DNA of 64,000 nucleotides, from positions 95,976,001-96,040,000 of the forward strand of contig CM097884.1 in the NCBI GenBank assembly GCA_044892505.1, read 5' to 3'. The notes below the pieces were generated by a model that saw only the letters and a program-made list of their open reading frames with translations, made no database searches and was not told the origin of the DNA. The position numbers and the translations under genes were made by a program. This stretch comes from Schmidtea nova (taxonomy: Eukaryota). Of this stretch, positions 1 to 12,503 are shown piece by piece (position 1 is the first letter of the stretch; each line of letters opens with the position of its first letter).

Positions 1-141
1 AATTTTAACATTATTTATTGTGCTTGGATTTTGTTTATTCATTTATAATTAAAATGGTAGAGTTTTCTCAATACATAAGATATATAAATAAATATAATTG
101 TAGAGTAAACACAATACCAATAATATAATAATAATTTATAC

Positions 142-2742
142 CAGTGGGAGAGGGCAATTTCATTTTTTAGGGGGACAATGGGAGATTTTTTTGCTTTAAG
201 GGGCTATTTCAAAATTAGCTATTAATAGATATTTGATTCCAAATTTACATGTAATGTATTATAATCAAAATACAAAAGTCCATTTCTACCTATTCTATGG
301 TTTCAAGTTTATGATTCAATGGCTAATCAATCTATAGATTGTCTTGAAATGCGTCAAATTGCATTTTGCGTCGATTTGTTGATAGTTTAAAATTGATAAT
401 ATTCACTGGTTACTAATGTAAATTAAAACCTAATTTGATATTCTAATTATCTACCATACTCGTTACTACCATAATTGTTTCAAAACTCTAAAACAACGGT
501 ATATTTTATTCAATTTTCATGATTCTTTTATGTTTATTTCATTCAGTAATGAACCCAATGCCTAACAGTAATATAATTAGTACGAGGAAGAAAGAAGTTT
601 GTCAATATTCAGAGGAATAGTTAAAATGGAGCTTCATAAAAGCTAACCATGATCACCGTTTACCTTTTTGCCTTTTACGCCAGCAATTTTTGACTAACGA
701 ATCAATGAAAAAAGGTCGTCTTCAGGCGCATTTAATGGCGAAACATAGTGCATATGTAAATTCAGATTTAAATTATTTCAAGTCTTTAAAGGATATGTTT
801 GAAAAGCAATCAACAATAAAGTCTCTGTTTACTGCACAAACTGTTTCTAACAGTCGTACTCTTGAGGCTAGCTATGAAATTTCCTTACTTATTGCTAAAT
901 CTGGGGAAATCATACCATAGGGGAAGAATTACTTAAGTCAGCAATATCTGTATAAGTTAAAACAGTTCTGGAAAAAGATGACAGAGATGTGAAAGCCATG
1001 CCACTTAGTAATGATATTGTCAGAAGAAGAATAGATGAAATGAGCGATGACATTAAAACACAACTTGTTGAAAAGCTGAAATCAAGAAAATTCTCACTAC
1101 AGCTGGATGAATCAACTGTAAGGGATAGTGAAGCCATATTGCTAACCTATGTAAGATATATTGATAAAGGTGAATTTACTGAAGAACTATTATTCTGCAA
1201 ATAATTAGAGACGATCACTACTGCCTCTGATAAATACAAAAAGTTCAAAGATCATTTAGATGCCAATAACATACCAATGGAAAACATAACATCTTGTGCA
1301 CCGGTTATGATGGGGAAGAAAACGGACTGCTTAAAATTAAAGAAAGATGCGAATCCTGAAATGCTTCTTGTACACTGTGTTATTCATAGAGAGAACTTAG
1401 TGGCCAAAAATGTTTCTCCTGTGCTTAATGATATTATGGAATCAGTAATAAAATGTATCAATGCCATAAAAGCCAATGACAAATGTGGGCGTTTCTTCAA
1501 GAAGTTTTCTGAAGATGAGAATGCAAAACATGTGAGACTTTTACTTCACACAGAGGTAAGGTGGCTGTAAAAGGGGAATTGCTTAAAGAGATTCATGGAA
1601 CTATTTGATGTTCTTGGTGAAATTTTAAGGGACCAGACTGAAATGAAAAATCTACTAGCCACTAATGGTAAAGCATTTGTAAGTTACTTGGCAGATATTT
1701 TCGAAAAACTGAATGCGTTGAATAAACAGCTTCAGGGTACAAACAAAACTCTTGTTGATGCAAAGACAAAGATATTTGGCTTCATCACATTGTTAGACTT
1801 ATATCAAAAACATATTTCTGAACGAAACTTTGAACTGTTTCATTGACTAAACGTGTGAGGTAACTGATGCTGCTGTACTTGTCATCGTGGATCATCTGAA
1901 AATATTGGCATCTGATTTCAATGAAAGATTTTCTGATTGATTTCCCATCATGGGTGATGCAACCAATGCTAGTGAATGTAACTAATGTTTCAATGCAGTA
2001 CCAAGAAGAATTTTCAGAGATGCAGAATGATGAATCAATGAAAACTTTGTTCAGTATTAAACGAACAATGGCACTGTTGTGTCATGAGACAGAGGTTAAA
2101 TATCCAAATTTAACCAACTTTTCAAGAAAATTGTTGTTGCTATTTCCATCTTCATATTTAGCTGAATGTGGCTTTAGTGCTGTTAATGATTTGCTACTGA
2201 AGAAAAGAAATCGACTGGATATCACTGAAAGGGGAGACTTAAGACTAAAATTGTCTAAACTGGTAGCTAATATAAGATCCTTGTGTAGCAAGCATCAAGC
2301 ACAAGTATCTCACTTGCTGTGTACAATTTAGTGAAGGATAATTAAAATTATGACGGGTTATTGAAATGTTTTTATTAAAACTGTTTTATATTTATGCAGT
2401 TTAGTTCTGTTTTGCATATTTTGAATGTGTAGTTCCCGTTTTTCATAAATTATTTTATTGGTACTGTCGTGTCTTATATTAGACATATTTGAAAAGTTAG
2501 AAGAATGATATTTAGATGAATGATATTTATTAAATATGACCATAGGAGAGAAAACCATCTTCTTAAATAGTTTTTCCAAAATAATATAAAAATAATATTA
2601 TAAAACCCTAGACAAAAACATTATTAAATATTTTTACGACAGGTACTATGATTATAGAAGTTTTACGATCTCTTCTATACATGGGGAACATCTGGATTTT
2701 AAAGAGACTTTGATGGGGCCTCGGAAAGGTTGAATACCACTG
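142..2742 (+). mobile_element. hAT transposon, Buster (ZBED5/SCAND3-like) type, degenerate
   Basis: 8-bp TSD ATTTATAC at 134-141 and 2743-2750 (nnnTAnnn, typical of Buster); termini CAGTGG...CCACTG; right TIR AGGTTGAATACCACTG is intact but the left end matches only 6 bp. Confidence 0.9.
549..2331 (+). pseudogene. Buster-type hAT transposase, fragmented by stops and frameshifts
   Basis: Fragments PLSNDIVRRRIDEMS, FSLQLDEST, HCVIHRE, LLHTEVRWL, YLADIFEKLN and FPSSYLAECGFS match Buster/ZBED5 transposase motifs. Confidence 0.9.
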
Positions 2743-3073
2743 ATTTATACAAATATCCTAGAGTAGTTATTATTGAATTTTCACATCGTGATAGCTGACA
2801 AATAACGGAAATCATACACACACACTATTAATTATAAAGCTATAAATTGTTTCAAATGTATATTTACATTGAAGATTTATAAATTTATTTATATGTTCAA
2901 AACCTTATTGCAAATATTAATCTAAAATCTTTGTAATTTTCAAAAAAAATTTTATATATTCTTGAAAATGCCTTTTTTTAAAGAATATCATAGAAAAAAA
3001 GAAAATAATAGATGATAGAAAATGAAACAGAATATAGAATTAGGGTTACGTTGTGAAATTCTCATGCTTATAA

Positions 3074-3292
3074 NNNNNNNNNNNNNNNNNNNNNNNNNNN
3101 NNNNNNNNNNNNNNNNNNNNNNNNNNNNNNNNNNNNNNNNNNNNNNNNNNNNNNNNNNNNNNNNNNNNNNNNNNNNNNNNNNNNNNNNNNNNNNNNNNNN
3201 NNNNNNNNNNNNNNNNNNNNNNNNNNNNNNNNNNNNNNNNNNNNNNNNNNNNNNNNNNNNNNNNNNNNNNNNNNNNNNNNNNNNNNNNNNNN
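3074..3292. other. Assembly gap (N run)
   Basis: Run of N; ORF calls spanning it are artefacts. Confidence 1.
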
Positions 3293-4292
3293 TTTGGAAT
3301 TGGAATTTTGTTTTCTTGGACCTTTCTGTTTTATTTTTTTATTTCTTTTATTTTGTTATCCTTTCCTCATTTCTCAATTTTTAGTTTTCCGTTTTCTTCT
3401 CCAAGTTCCTGAAAGCTAGCTTAATCACCTATCAGCTTTTCCCTCAAGTTATTCAAATTATTTATAATATTATTTATTATTTAGGTATTCTCAACAAATT
3501 TATCTGGTTAAATATTTATATATAACTTACATACTACGATTTTTGTGTGTTCATCATTTGAAAATTCCACTCAATGATCCGATTGTGATGAATATTTTGC
3601 TTGAATTTGTTTAAATAAAAGATTTTACTTAATGATTTGATACTATCACAATCATGGCAATACAAAAACTCGACTTTTGAATTATGGTTTGTTAATGAAA
3701 AAAATGAAATTTAAATTAGAATTCAATGAAGACAAAAATTCATACTAAATTATAAAAATAAAATAATTTTCAAATTCTAAAATTAATCGGGCTAGTTTGA
3801 GAGTTAGAGATTTCAGTAAATATTTTCATTAAAAAGAGATAATATGCTAACCTAACGGCATTGACTCGTACTCCTTTTGAAGCCAAATCTGCTTAAATGT
3901 AAATATTTAGAAAAAAAAATAACTATTACCCAAAGCAGCGCATTTGGTGAATTGCTCTAATGCTGCTTTACTTATACAGTAACTCATTACATTCGGGAAC
4001 TAAATTTAAAAAATTAATCAAAAGTGCTAATTATAATTTCCATTTAGATATTCCAATGTGTTGAGACTAATAAAGTGAGAAAAAATATCGATGAAACATA
4101 ATCTGATTTCATTATTGAAATAACAAAACTTGAGCTAATAATAATATAAATTTTATTAATTAAGAAATATATCAGTGCTGCGATTTTCTTGTGTTGATTG
4201 AATTCCACCTTGATTTGCATTTTGTTTTTCGAATTTGTGCCAGTGCATTTGGTTATTAAAGCAACCCTACTTTTATATATAACTATCATTAA

Positions 4293-4832
4293 TCAGCAGC
4301 CTGGCCACTTTGTAATCGTAGCTTCGCAATATCAATCATAATCTGAGCAACAATTTATATAATATATCAATCCAATTAACATATAAATAGTTATATTTAT
4401 GACGGAGGCACTACAATAGCTCCCGCCGAAGTACGCAGAGCGTATGGGAAAAGGATAAAATGATATTCAAGGTCGGCGTAAAAAAATTTAGAAGGCGAAA
4501 CTCAATTGTTCTTGTACCGGAGAGCAGTATGTGTGTATCTTTTGCGGCTAGGGCGGAGGATAAGCAAGGTGTGTCTGCGATGAAGGTGGTAGGTAGTGTT
4601 GAATATGACGAGCCTGTGTCTATAAAAAGTGTTATGATGCGTTGCTTGAGCTGGCCGTATTCTTCCAACAGATCGGCGTTGATCGTGAAGTTTCCGGGAG
4701 TTCTGGGTAAAATTAGTGTAGTTAAGGTTTATGGTGACGATGGGTGTTGGTGAGAGTAGTGACGGAGATGCGGTTTGTGGCGGCTGTGGTAGAATGTGTG
4801 TGCAGTCTGTATATATCAATATATCAATCCAA
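4293..4832 (-). mobile_element. Rearranged Gypsy-like LTR retrotransposon fragment with aspartic protease
   Basis: ORF 4411-4668 contains LFIDTGSSYS (retropepsin DTG motif); 4293-4355 is identical to 19504-19566; 4420-4490 resembles 21067-21141; LTR-start-like repeat AATATATCAATCCAATT at about 4360 and 4817. Confidence 0.7.
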
Positions 4833-5958
4833 TTTAGGGCTTCCGATACCGGGATCCCGGGATATTGATGTTTTTTGCAATCCCGGGATTATGGTACAGA
4901 AATCCCAGGATTTACATACTTTACGAAGATTTATCAAATAGTATGAGAATTCTAATCTTTCAAAATATTGTATATATAAAATTTTTACGTTAAATCAGAA
5001 TTATTGTCGACAAGTAAGTCAGGACTATTTTTGTTGCTAAACTGTAGAAATTTTAAATTTCAATAATTATTTTGAAAATATTAATATTTTTAGTGTGTTT
5101 TCTAATTTGTGAACAAAAAGTTAAAGTTAGTCGAATTTACAAAGTGAAAATTGTATTTAAAATAAAATAGTTTTTTAAGTATTCTTTGTGCAATTATAAA
5201 GTAATTCGTAAATATTATATTGAAAAGGTAATGCGATATAATTAATATTTTTTGAAATAATATTTTATATTTACAGTGCCTTTTTGAGTGTTTTAAATTA
5301 AAATATTTTTTTCTATTTCTATCGTATAGTCTTATTTCTAAATTGCATTGCAATACGCTGTAAGTATATTGAAAAAATAATGTTAGTTGGATGCGGTATT
5401 TTTAATTAATATTATTTTATATTTAAGGCTTTAATATAATGGCTGTCTACAAAGAATATTTCACAGGAAGTAATTCAGCCGTATGGAAACATTTCCTACG
5501 CGATGAGAAAGGTGACACAGCAATGTGTAAGGTGAGCGATTGCAAAAAGGTTTTTTAAATTGATGGTGGAATGACAAGAGGTCTACACACTCACTAATTT
5601 TCGATACACAAAATTCAACTTAAGAATAAGAACTACTCAGATGCCGCAAGTACAGCAGGTGAACCTCTGAAGAAAAGAGTCACAAAATTAACTAATTTTT
5701 TTCCAGCTTTGAATCGTAAACAAAAATCTCTTCCTGCAACTCTGTCGCGTTTAATTGCACTAAATGGACTTTCATTTAATGTTTTACGCCATTCTTTGGA
5801 TCTGCGTGCACCCTTACTGCCACGTGATTTGGAAAACTTCCTTCGTCACCAAGCACGATTTGTAAAATAAGAAATGAAATAAGAAATTCGGTTAAAGTTG
5901 AAATTACTATCCAACGAAAATCAGGAGAACGATTTTCTGTCATTCGATGAGTTGACAT

Positions 5959-6794
5959 TATAAAGGTTATATCTTGTTATTATTTTTATTTTTTTTACTA
6001 TTGTAATTATCATTATCATTATTGCTAACGCCATCATGATTATGATGGGTGACCATGTGGACACCGGATAACCCCCTTGTGGTTTTTTGTATTATTGTTA
6101 TTATAATAATTAAAGAATTCCAAATTTGAATTAGAATAAAAAAATCGATAAAGAAAATTACAAATAACTATAGTAAGAAATAAAAAATCAATAAAATTAC
6201 AAATAACTATAGTAAGAAATAAAAAATCAATAAAATTACAAATAACTATAGTAAGAAATAAAAAATCAATAAAATTACAAATAACTATAGTAAGAAATAA
6301 AAAATCAATAATCAAAATCCGAATAAAACATTATCATACAAGCCTTTCAAAAATAAACAAGATTCAACCTAAATTTGCAAAAGTCCCAGCGCACGAAATA
6401 AAGATAATAAAGCAGAAAACCGATTTTTTATATGTCAAAAGAAAATTTAATCAAAAGAAAATTTGATCTTTAAGAAAATTTGATCCCGAAAAAACACTAA
6501 TCACCTATTCTATTTACTACGTGATTAACATTCTTGTTTTTTTTAAATACAGTTTTATTGTTTGGAATTTGTTATTGTTTATTTTTTTATGATCATATAA
6601 ATCGTTTCAAAACTCAAATACATTACACACTTAATTATATAAGCACAAACCCCGAGTGTCTCCACACGATATTTGGAAGACTCTCTCGGGCTCTACAACT
6701 TCTCCCACACAACATCATTCTATCGCATAAAATACATTCATTCACTACATAAAAATTAAAATAAATATCAAAAACATATTATCAGTACATAATA
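5959..6794 (-). mobile_element. Repeat family A copy 1, probable solo LTR inserted in the hAT transposase
   Basis: 5-bp TSD GACAT (5954-5958, 6795-6799); removing the insert restores the hAT frame FDELT-SLRNRRYMN; shares a hairpin and a GGGGGTTA motif with copies at 8.6, 15.2 and 60.4 kb. Confidence 0.65.
6154..6310. repeat. 39-bp tandem repeat x4
   Basis: Unit AAAATTACAAATAACTATAGTAAGAAATAAAAAATCAAT. Confidence 0.95.
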
Positions 6795-8515
6795 GACATC
6801 GTTACGGAATAGACGATACATGAATATAAACGTACATGCTGAAGAATCAAAATTCTGGAGCTTGGGTCTTGCTCGTATTAGTGGTATAATGCCTGCAGAA
6901 AAGTGTATTGAATTGTTAGTATAAAAGTTAAATGAACATGGACTAAGGATATTATATATATTATGACAGATGGAGCCAGTGTTATGACAAAAGTTGGAAA
7001 GTTATTATCAGTATATCAACAATTATGTTTGGCATACGGTATACAGCTTTCAGTTATTGACGTGTTATACAAAAAGTCAGATGAAAGAGCCGAATCAGAA
7101 GAAGATACTCTAGTGGATAACCTGTCAGAAAGCGAGACTGAACCTGAAATATGTGGGGAGTTGGAATATAACGGAGCAGAATTAGTAGATCGTACCTGTT
7201 TGCAGCCATGTGAAGTAAATGATGCTTCGTTTGGGCCACTAATAAAGAAAGTTCGGAGAATAGTATCTTTGTTTAAACGCTCACCCACTAAAAATGATTA
7301 TTTGCAAAAATAGGTCCGAGAAGATTTCGTGAAAGAAATTCCGTTAGTAAAGGATTGCAAGACTAGATGAAGTAGTCTATTGGCTATGTTAGAACGTTTT
7401 TTACTTATTAAGAAACTGTGTCCAGAAAGCTCTTATAGATGTAAAACTATATATATCTATAGATATTTCTGAAAATGAAATCCAAGCGATTTCTAAAATT
7501 GTTGGTGCTTTAACACCTATCAAGGCTACTGTTGAAGCTCTTTGTCGCCAGGACGCTAATCTTATTACGGCCGATATCGCTATTAGCATTACGTTGAATA
7601 AACTGTAGGACGCTGATAATATTATTAGTAAAAAGCTGTTTACAGCTTTTACTATTCAATTGAAGCAACGTCGTACGAATTTAAGCGGGCTTTTGTATTG
7701 CCTACATAATGGCTTGAACGGAATCTCTCACTCCGATAAAGAGTTCATTATAGTACCAACACAAACTAAGTACCGTAAATTAATTGTAGATCTTCTTGAA
7801 AGATTGAATGCAACTTCCATTACAGGATGTTCTACAATAGTTACGGAAGTTGATGAATTTCAAGATGTTTCTGTACAGGAGGAAATTGCTAAAGTTATTT
7901 CTGTACAACCGTTAACTACAGCCGAAGAAATTAATAAAGCAATAAATTACAACATGTCACGTCCACAAGTGATACCACATCGATGTGAATCGTTAGTCTC
8001 TAAACTTCGAAAGGAGATGGCTCCATTTGAAAATGGAGACTCACATAGCGATTATTTGAAGTGTGCATATAAATATTTAAAAACGATAAAACCAACCATC
8101 ATGGAGTCAGAAAGAGCCTTTTCTTCTGCAGGTTTATTTTGTAATAAATTACGATGTTCTTTGGGTGATAAGGTTCTAGGCGAGCTCTGTTTCCTCAGAT
8201 GCCACTTCCAACAATAAAAAAGACTTAATCAAGAATTTTAATATGAATTACTTAATATATGAATTTAATAATTACTAACGGATAACTCCATATAATATGA
8301 CTTCCTAATAACATGACTATTCCTAATAATATGATCATTTCTTTTTTATAAAAAGTCATACTAATAAATAGTATGACCATTATTATTTAATGATTTTTTA
8401 AAATTCTTTTATATCAATAATACAATTTCTAAAATAAATTTTTCTGTAAATCACCCAGTGAAAAAAAAGAACATTTACAATTGCTTTTAAGAAATAAGTG
8501 ATTTCATATATGGAG

Positions 8516-8518
<3 letters not shown>

Positions 8519-8597
<79 letters not shown>
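8519..8597. repeat. (TA)n microsatellite
   Basis: Perfect AT dinucleotide run; similar runs near 10255, 16425, 16681 and 19040. Confidence 0.98.
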
Positions 8598-8601
<4 letters not shown>

Positions 8602-9510
8602 GTGATAGACTTATAGTAAAATGCTTTAATATTAATATTTGTGTCGATAATGAATGGGAGTTGTGTGAGGGAGATACTGAAGAGCCCGAGAGAGTCACTG
8701 ATTTATGTTGGGACACTCTGGGTGCTTGCTGTGTATTTGTATGCCTGTAGGTGTGATTGGGTGCGTGAGTATATTGTGTATGCTACTTACCGTAAAAATA
8801 AAACAATAACAAAATAATAAAAAATTAACACTTTTATTAAGAATTTACAAAGTATGACAACTCACTATTTTGTAAAAAAATTTTGATTAGGGATTAAAGT
8901 TTCTTTCGTGAATAGAATACTTTTACAATAGTTCGTTTCGTTTACTTTTGGTTGTTTATTTCTTTAATTTAGCCGGCTTAGTTATTTTTGATTAGAAAGT
9001 TCATAAATTCTTTTGCATTCATCAATTTTTGTTTTTCTTCGTATTTCTTCTGTTAAATAATTTCTCTTCTTATTTCTCTTTTGATATTTCTTCTGATATA
9101 GTTTTAAATTGCCTGTTTCGGATTTTCGGATTTAATAATTTTTAATGTCATTGGTAATTTATATTAATCTCATATTTTAATTTTTTATAAAAAAATCCAT
9201 TTTCCCTTTTCTATGGTTATTTTTCGCAATCTTAATATTTGTTAATTTCAATTATTCGTTTATTTCATTATTGTCAAGGGCTATTGATTTCTTTTTAATA
9301 TTCATAATTTAAATTTTTATTTGACTTTTATTATTTCAAGGCATAATTGCCGTCATATACACAATAATAAAAAGGGGGTTCCCTGTGACCGCAATTATCT
9401 AAGCGGTGACAATATTAATAGTAACAACAATAAAGATAATAAAAATGACAATACTAATAATAATCATAATCAAAACAATAGAATTGTACAACATTAACAT
9501 AACTTCACCC
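8598..9510 (+). mobile_element. Repeat family A copy 2
   Basis: AGAGCCCGAGAGAGTC hairpin at 8681-8722 and AAAAGGGGGTTCCC near 9370, in the same order as copy 3. Confidence 0.6.
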
Positions 9511-10251
9511 TTTTTTTTACACTATTTACAAAAATTCAAACGTGTTCAATATACATATTTCAATTTATGAGTTGTGTTATATGTTTATGTATTGTCTTTA
9601 ACAATTCACGATAAAAATATAAAAATATACAAAGATCATATGTTTGCATGTGGTGGTTTGTTGATCGTCAATATGACCTTGACGTTTCTATGGCTCTCAG
9701 CAACAACTCAACACATAAAACATTGAAATAACCATCTTGTTACCCGTCACTATGTAACATTGGTACTGTAACAAGTGGGTGGGTATTCGCAATCAGTGAG
9801 CGTCGTCAATACGAAACTATGATTGACCGAATATCTCCTGGGTCCAAGGGCTACCGATAGAAGGTTTAATGCCCATTTTTGTCCCTTCTTCAACGATTTA
9901 TCTATAAGCATTCAACAAAATTTCATCGGAAATTCAACATAAACATTCTACATAACTATAAATTTATTATTGCATCCAAATATATTATTCCGAGCATCAA
10001 AAACACTAATTATTCATGAAATTTCACTAATATTACAATTTACGGCACATAACAAATAATATTACAAAACAAAAAAATATAAATAGAGGAAATTTTCCTA
10101 AAATAAAATTTCTTTCCGTATTTTAAAATTAAAAAAAAAAACTTTAATTTTTATCTCATAAATAAGAAAAGTTTTATAAACCATTGTTTAAGTCTGTTAA
10201 TAATTATATTCAAACCGAATATAATTCAAATATATATATATCATGTAATTA

Positions 10252-10300
<49 letters not shown>

Positions 10301-10439
10301 CATTTACAAGAAACAAAAATCCCAATGAGGTCTTAATGGTAAGTTCGGGTTTTTTATAAAATTTTTATAAATTAGCCCTTTTAGAGATCCGGAGTATAAT
10401 AGCTATTAGTACTGAATTCAATAGGAAATTCCCCGAGAA

Positions 10440-12000
10440 ATAAAATCGGTAATATTCATTTTGAAGAATGTATTCTATTTTTTTTGATTTATCTTTTCAG
10501 GTAAATTTTGTTACTTTTCACCGCAAGATCACCCTCTACAAACTCTGGCATCAAAGATTGGAGGGCATGTCCCAATATGTCGAAATTTCTTCTAACGATT
10601 GGGATTTTTATCATTATCTCATATGCAGAGAAAGATTTATGGACAGTTTGGTACTGTCTTATCTTTACAAGAAGCTATGCAGTTGGACTATTTGATTATT
10701 GAATTATGCAGATGAACTATTTGATTTTGAATAAAATAATTTCACAATTATGGGTTTTGTTGGTTTTTAATCATGATTATGAGTTTTGTTGGATTTTAAT
10801 CAAAATTATAAGTTTTGTTGGGTTTTAAAAAAATCTTTTCTGTTTATGCGGCAGTGTTGGATCAGATTTACTTAGACCTCCGTCCGGTAAATTATTTTGC
10901 TTTACGGATTTCTTATGTACCCTCGCCGTATAATAGGAGATTTTTGTATGATTTCCATAGATTGTTATGAAAAGGTTTTGGCAGAACTTGTTGATTCGTC
11001 AAAAAAAATGCAATTAAATGATATTAAGGGTGATTGTATGAGTTGAATGCAATGGTATGTTGAGTAGAGTGAGATAGAATGATGATGTGTAATATTGTTT
11101 TAGATTTGTATGATTTTATTATTATCGTGTTTGCGTGCGATTTGTGGATAGGTGATGGGAACAATTGAGTGTTTGTGCGTGTGGTTGGACGTACGATGCT
11201 AACTAGCATGTCTGTGTGGAATTTTTGGTATGGTTTGCTTGTGTGTATATAATTGTTGAATGTTATTGAATGATACGGTGTATGTGTGTATATTGTGTTT
11301 TAATTAGAGGCTGCTTGTGTATTAGTATGGATGATGCTATTGAATGAAAAGGGTGTAATTTTTTGCAATCAGAGATGCCTTATGATTTTGAGCTATCGTG
11401 GGGGTAGTTATAATATATTATATACAAATTATATAAAATATTTTTAAAATTAAAATAATAATACTAATTTTTATAATACTTTTCACGGATTTCTAATTTA
11501 TAATTTTATGAAAATTAAATAACGATAAAATTTATAATTTTTACAATATAGGTTTTTGAATTTAAATTTTTATATTTTAGAATATATATATTAATCATAA
11601 AATTTTTCTATAAAATCTCGAATTCAGATTTTTATAAAATGATAAAAATTATTAATATAATAATAAAATTTCAATTTATAATTTTTCTGGGTTTGGATAT
11701 AATTCTTGATTTATAAATTCTTTTGAATTTTATAAAATGACAAAATCTTTTGTAGAATAACAATATTGGGAAGATCTTTGGTTTACAGCTTTTCATTTTA
11801 AAATTTTTGCATTATGATAAAAAGTAAATTTTATTTTTATCCAAATGAAATCCACATAACAAAATTTTATCTACAAATTTTTCGATCCAAATAAGAATTT
11901 GATCTAAAAGGTTTTATATACTGAATAAAAATAAAATGAAATAAGTTATTAATTCCTCAAGAATATTTTCGACATCGAGTAAAATCAAATCAATACTTGT
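10440..12000 (+). repeat. Unclassified dispersed repeat family B copy 1
   Basis: Visible similarity to 31200-34100, e.g. TATCGTGGGGGTA followed by a long AT-rich tract at 11395 and 33434. Confidence 0.6.
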
Positions 12001-12299
12001 TTCGCAATTCGTTTCATTTCGCGATCATTATACTAGCTTTGAGCATTATCTCGAACAATTTTCTTTTCGACATTAGCTTCCATTTTTCTTGCGTTTCGGA
12101 TAAGATGACAGTTGTTGCGAGAGTGAAGGCGACGACGAGTAAAATGTTCTTGTACTGTTATGTTCATAATGGAAAAGACATTGCTGGAGAGAATCGTCTT
12201 TACGTTTTCATGTGGTATTAATTTTTAAATGATAAATATGTCGGAAATTATAAATTCAAATAAACTACATTTATTATAATTTAAATATCATTAATATAA

Positions 12300-12497
12300 C
12301 AACTTGCCTTTGGCCAAGCCACTGTTCCCCAGTTGGGATGAAGTGATCATGGATGGTTAGGCTATTCACCTGGACTCGGAAATATGGGCTGATCAATTTA
12401 CGTATCGAACCAGCGATCCGCTCAGGCTACTTCCACCCGATCGGCACAAGGCCAGACACAGGCTTCAGGGGGTACGGGAGCAAAAAGAAAAAAAAAT
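12300..12497. repeat. GC-richer short interspersed element with B-box-like motif; possible SINE
   Basis: GGTTCGATAC on the minus strand at 12402-12411; A-rich flank at 12482-12498; a homologous copy is split by the large Gypsy at 34136-34155/49836-49890. Confidence 0.4.
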
Positions 12498-12503
12498 TAA
12501 TTA

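Larger units (their letters stand above)
4835..8217 (+). mobile_element. hAT transposon with BED zinc finger, degenerate, interrupted by an insertion
   Basis: Left end TAGGGCTTCCGATACCGGGATCCCGGG; BED finger SAVWKHF...CKVSDCKK from 5439; LSFDE catalytic region; CLAYGIQLSV (degenerate CxxH); ESERAFSSAG dimerisation motif near 8105; right TIR not found. Confidence 0.85.

Noticed and set aside
6154-6310. CRISPR-like array
   Set aside because: Head-to-tail 39-bp repeats without unique spacers, in a eukaryotic context.
9800-9840. Possible hammerhead ribozyme core (CAGTGAG...GAAAC); also CTGATGA...GAAAC near 18333
   Set aside because: The first lacks the CUGANGA core and a proper stem II; the second has no viable stem II and lies in Tigger coding sequence.
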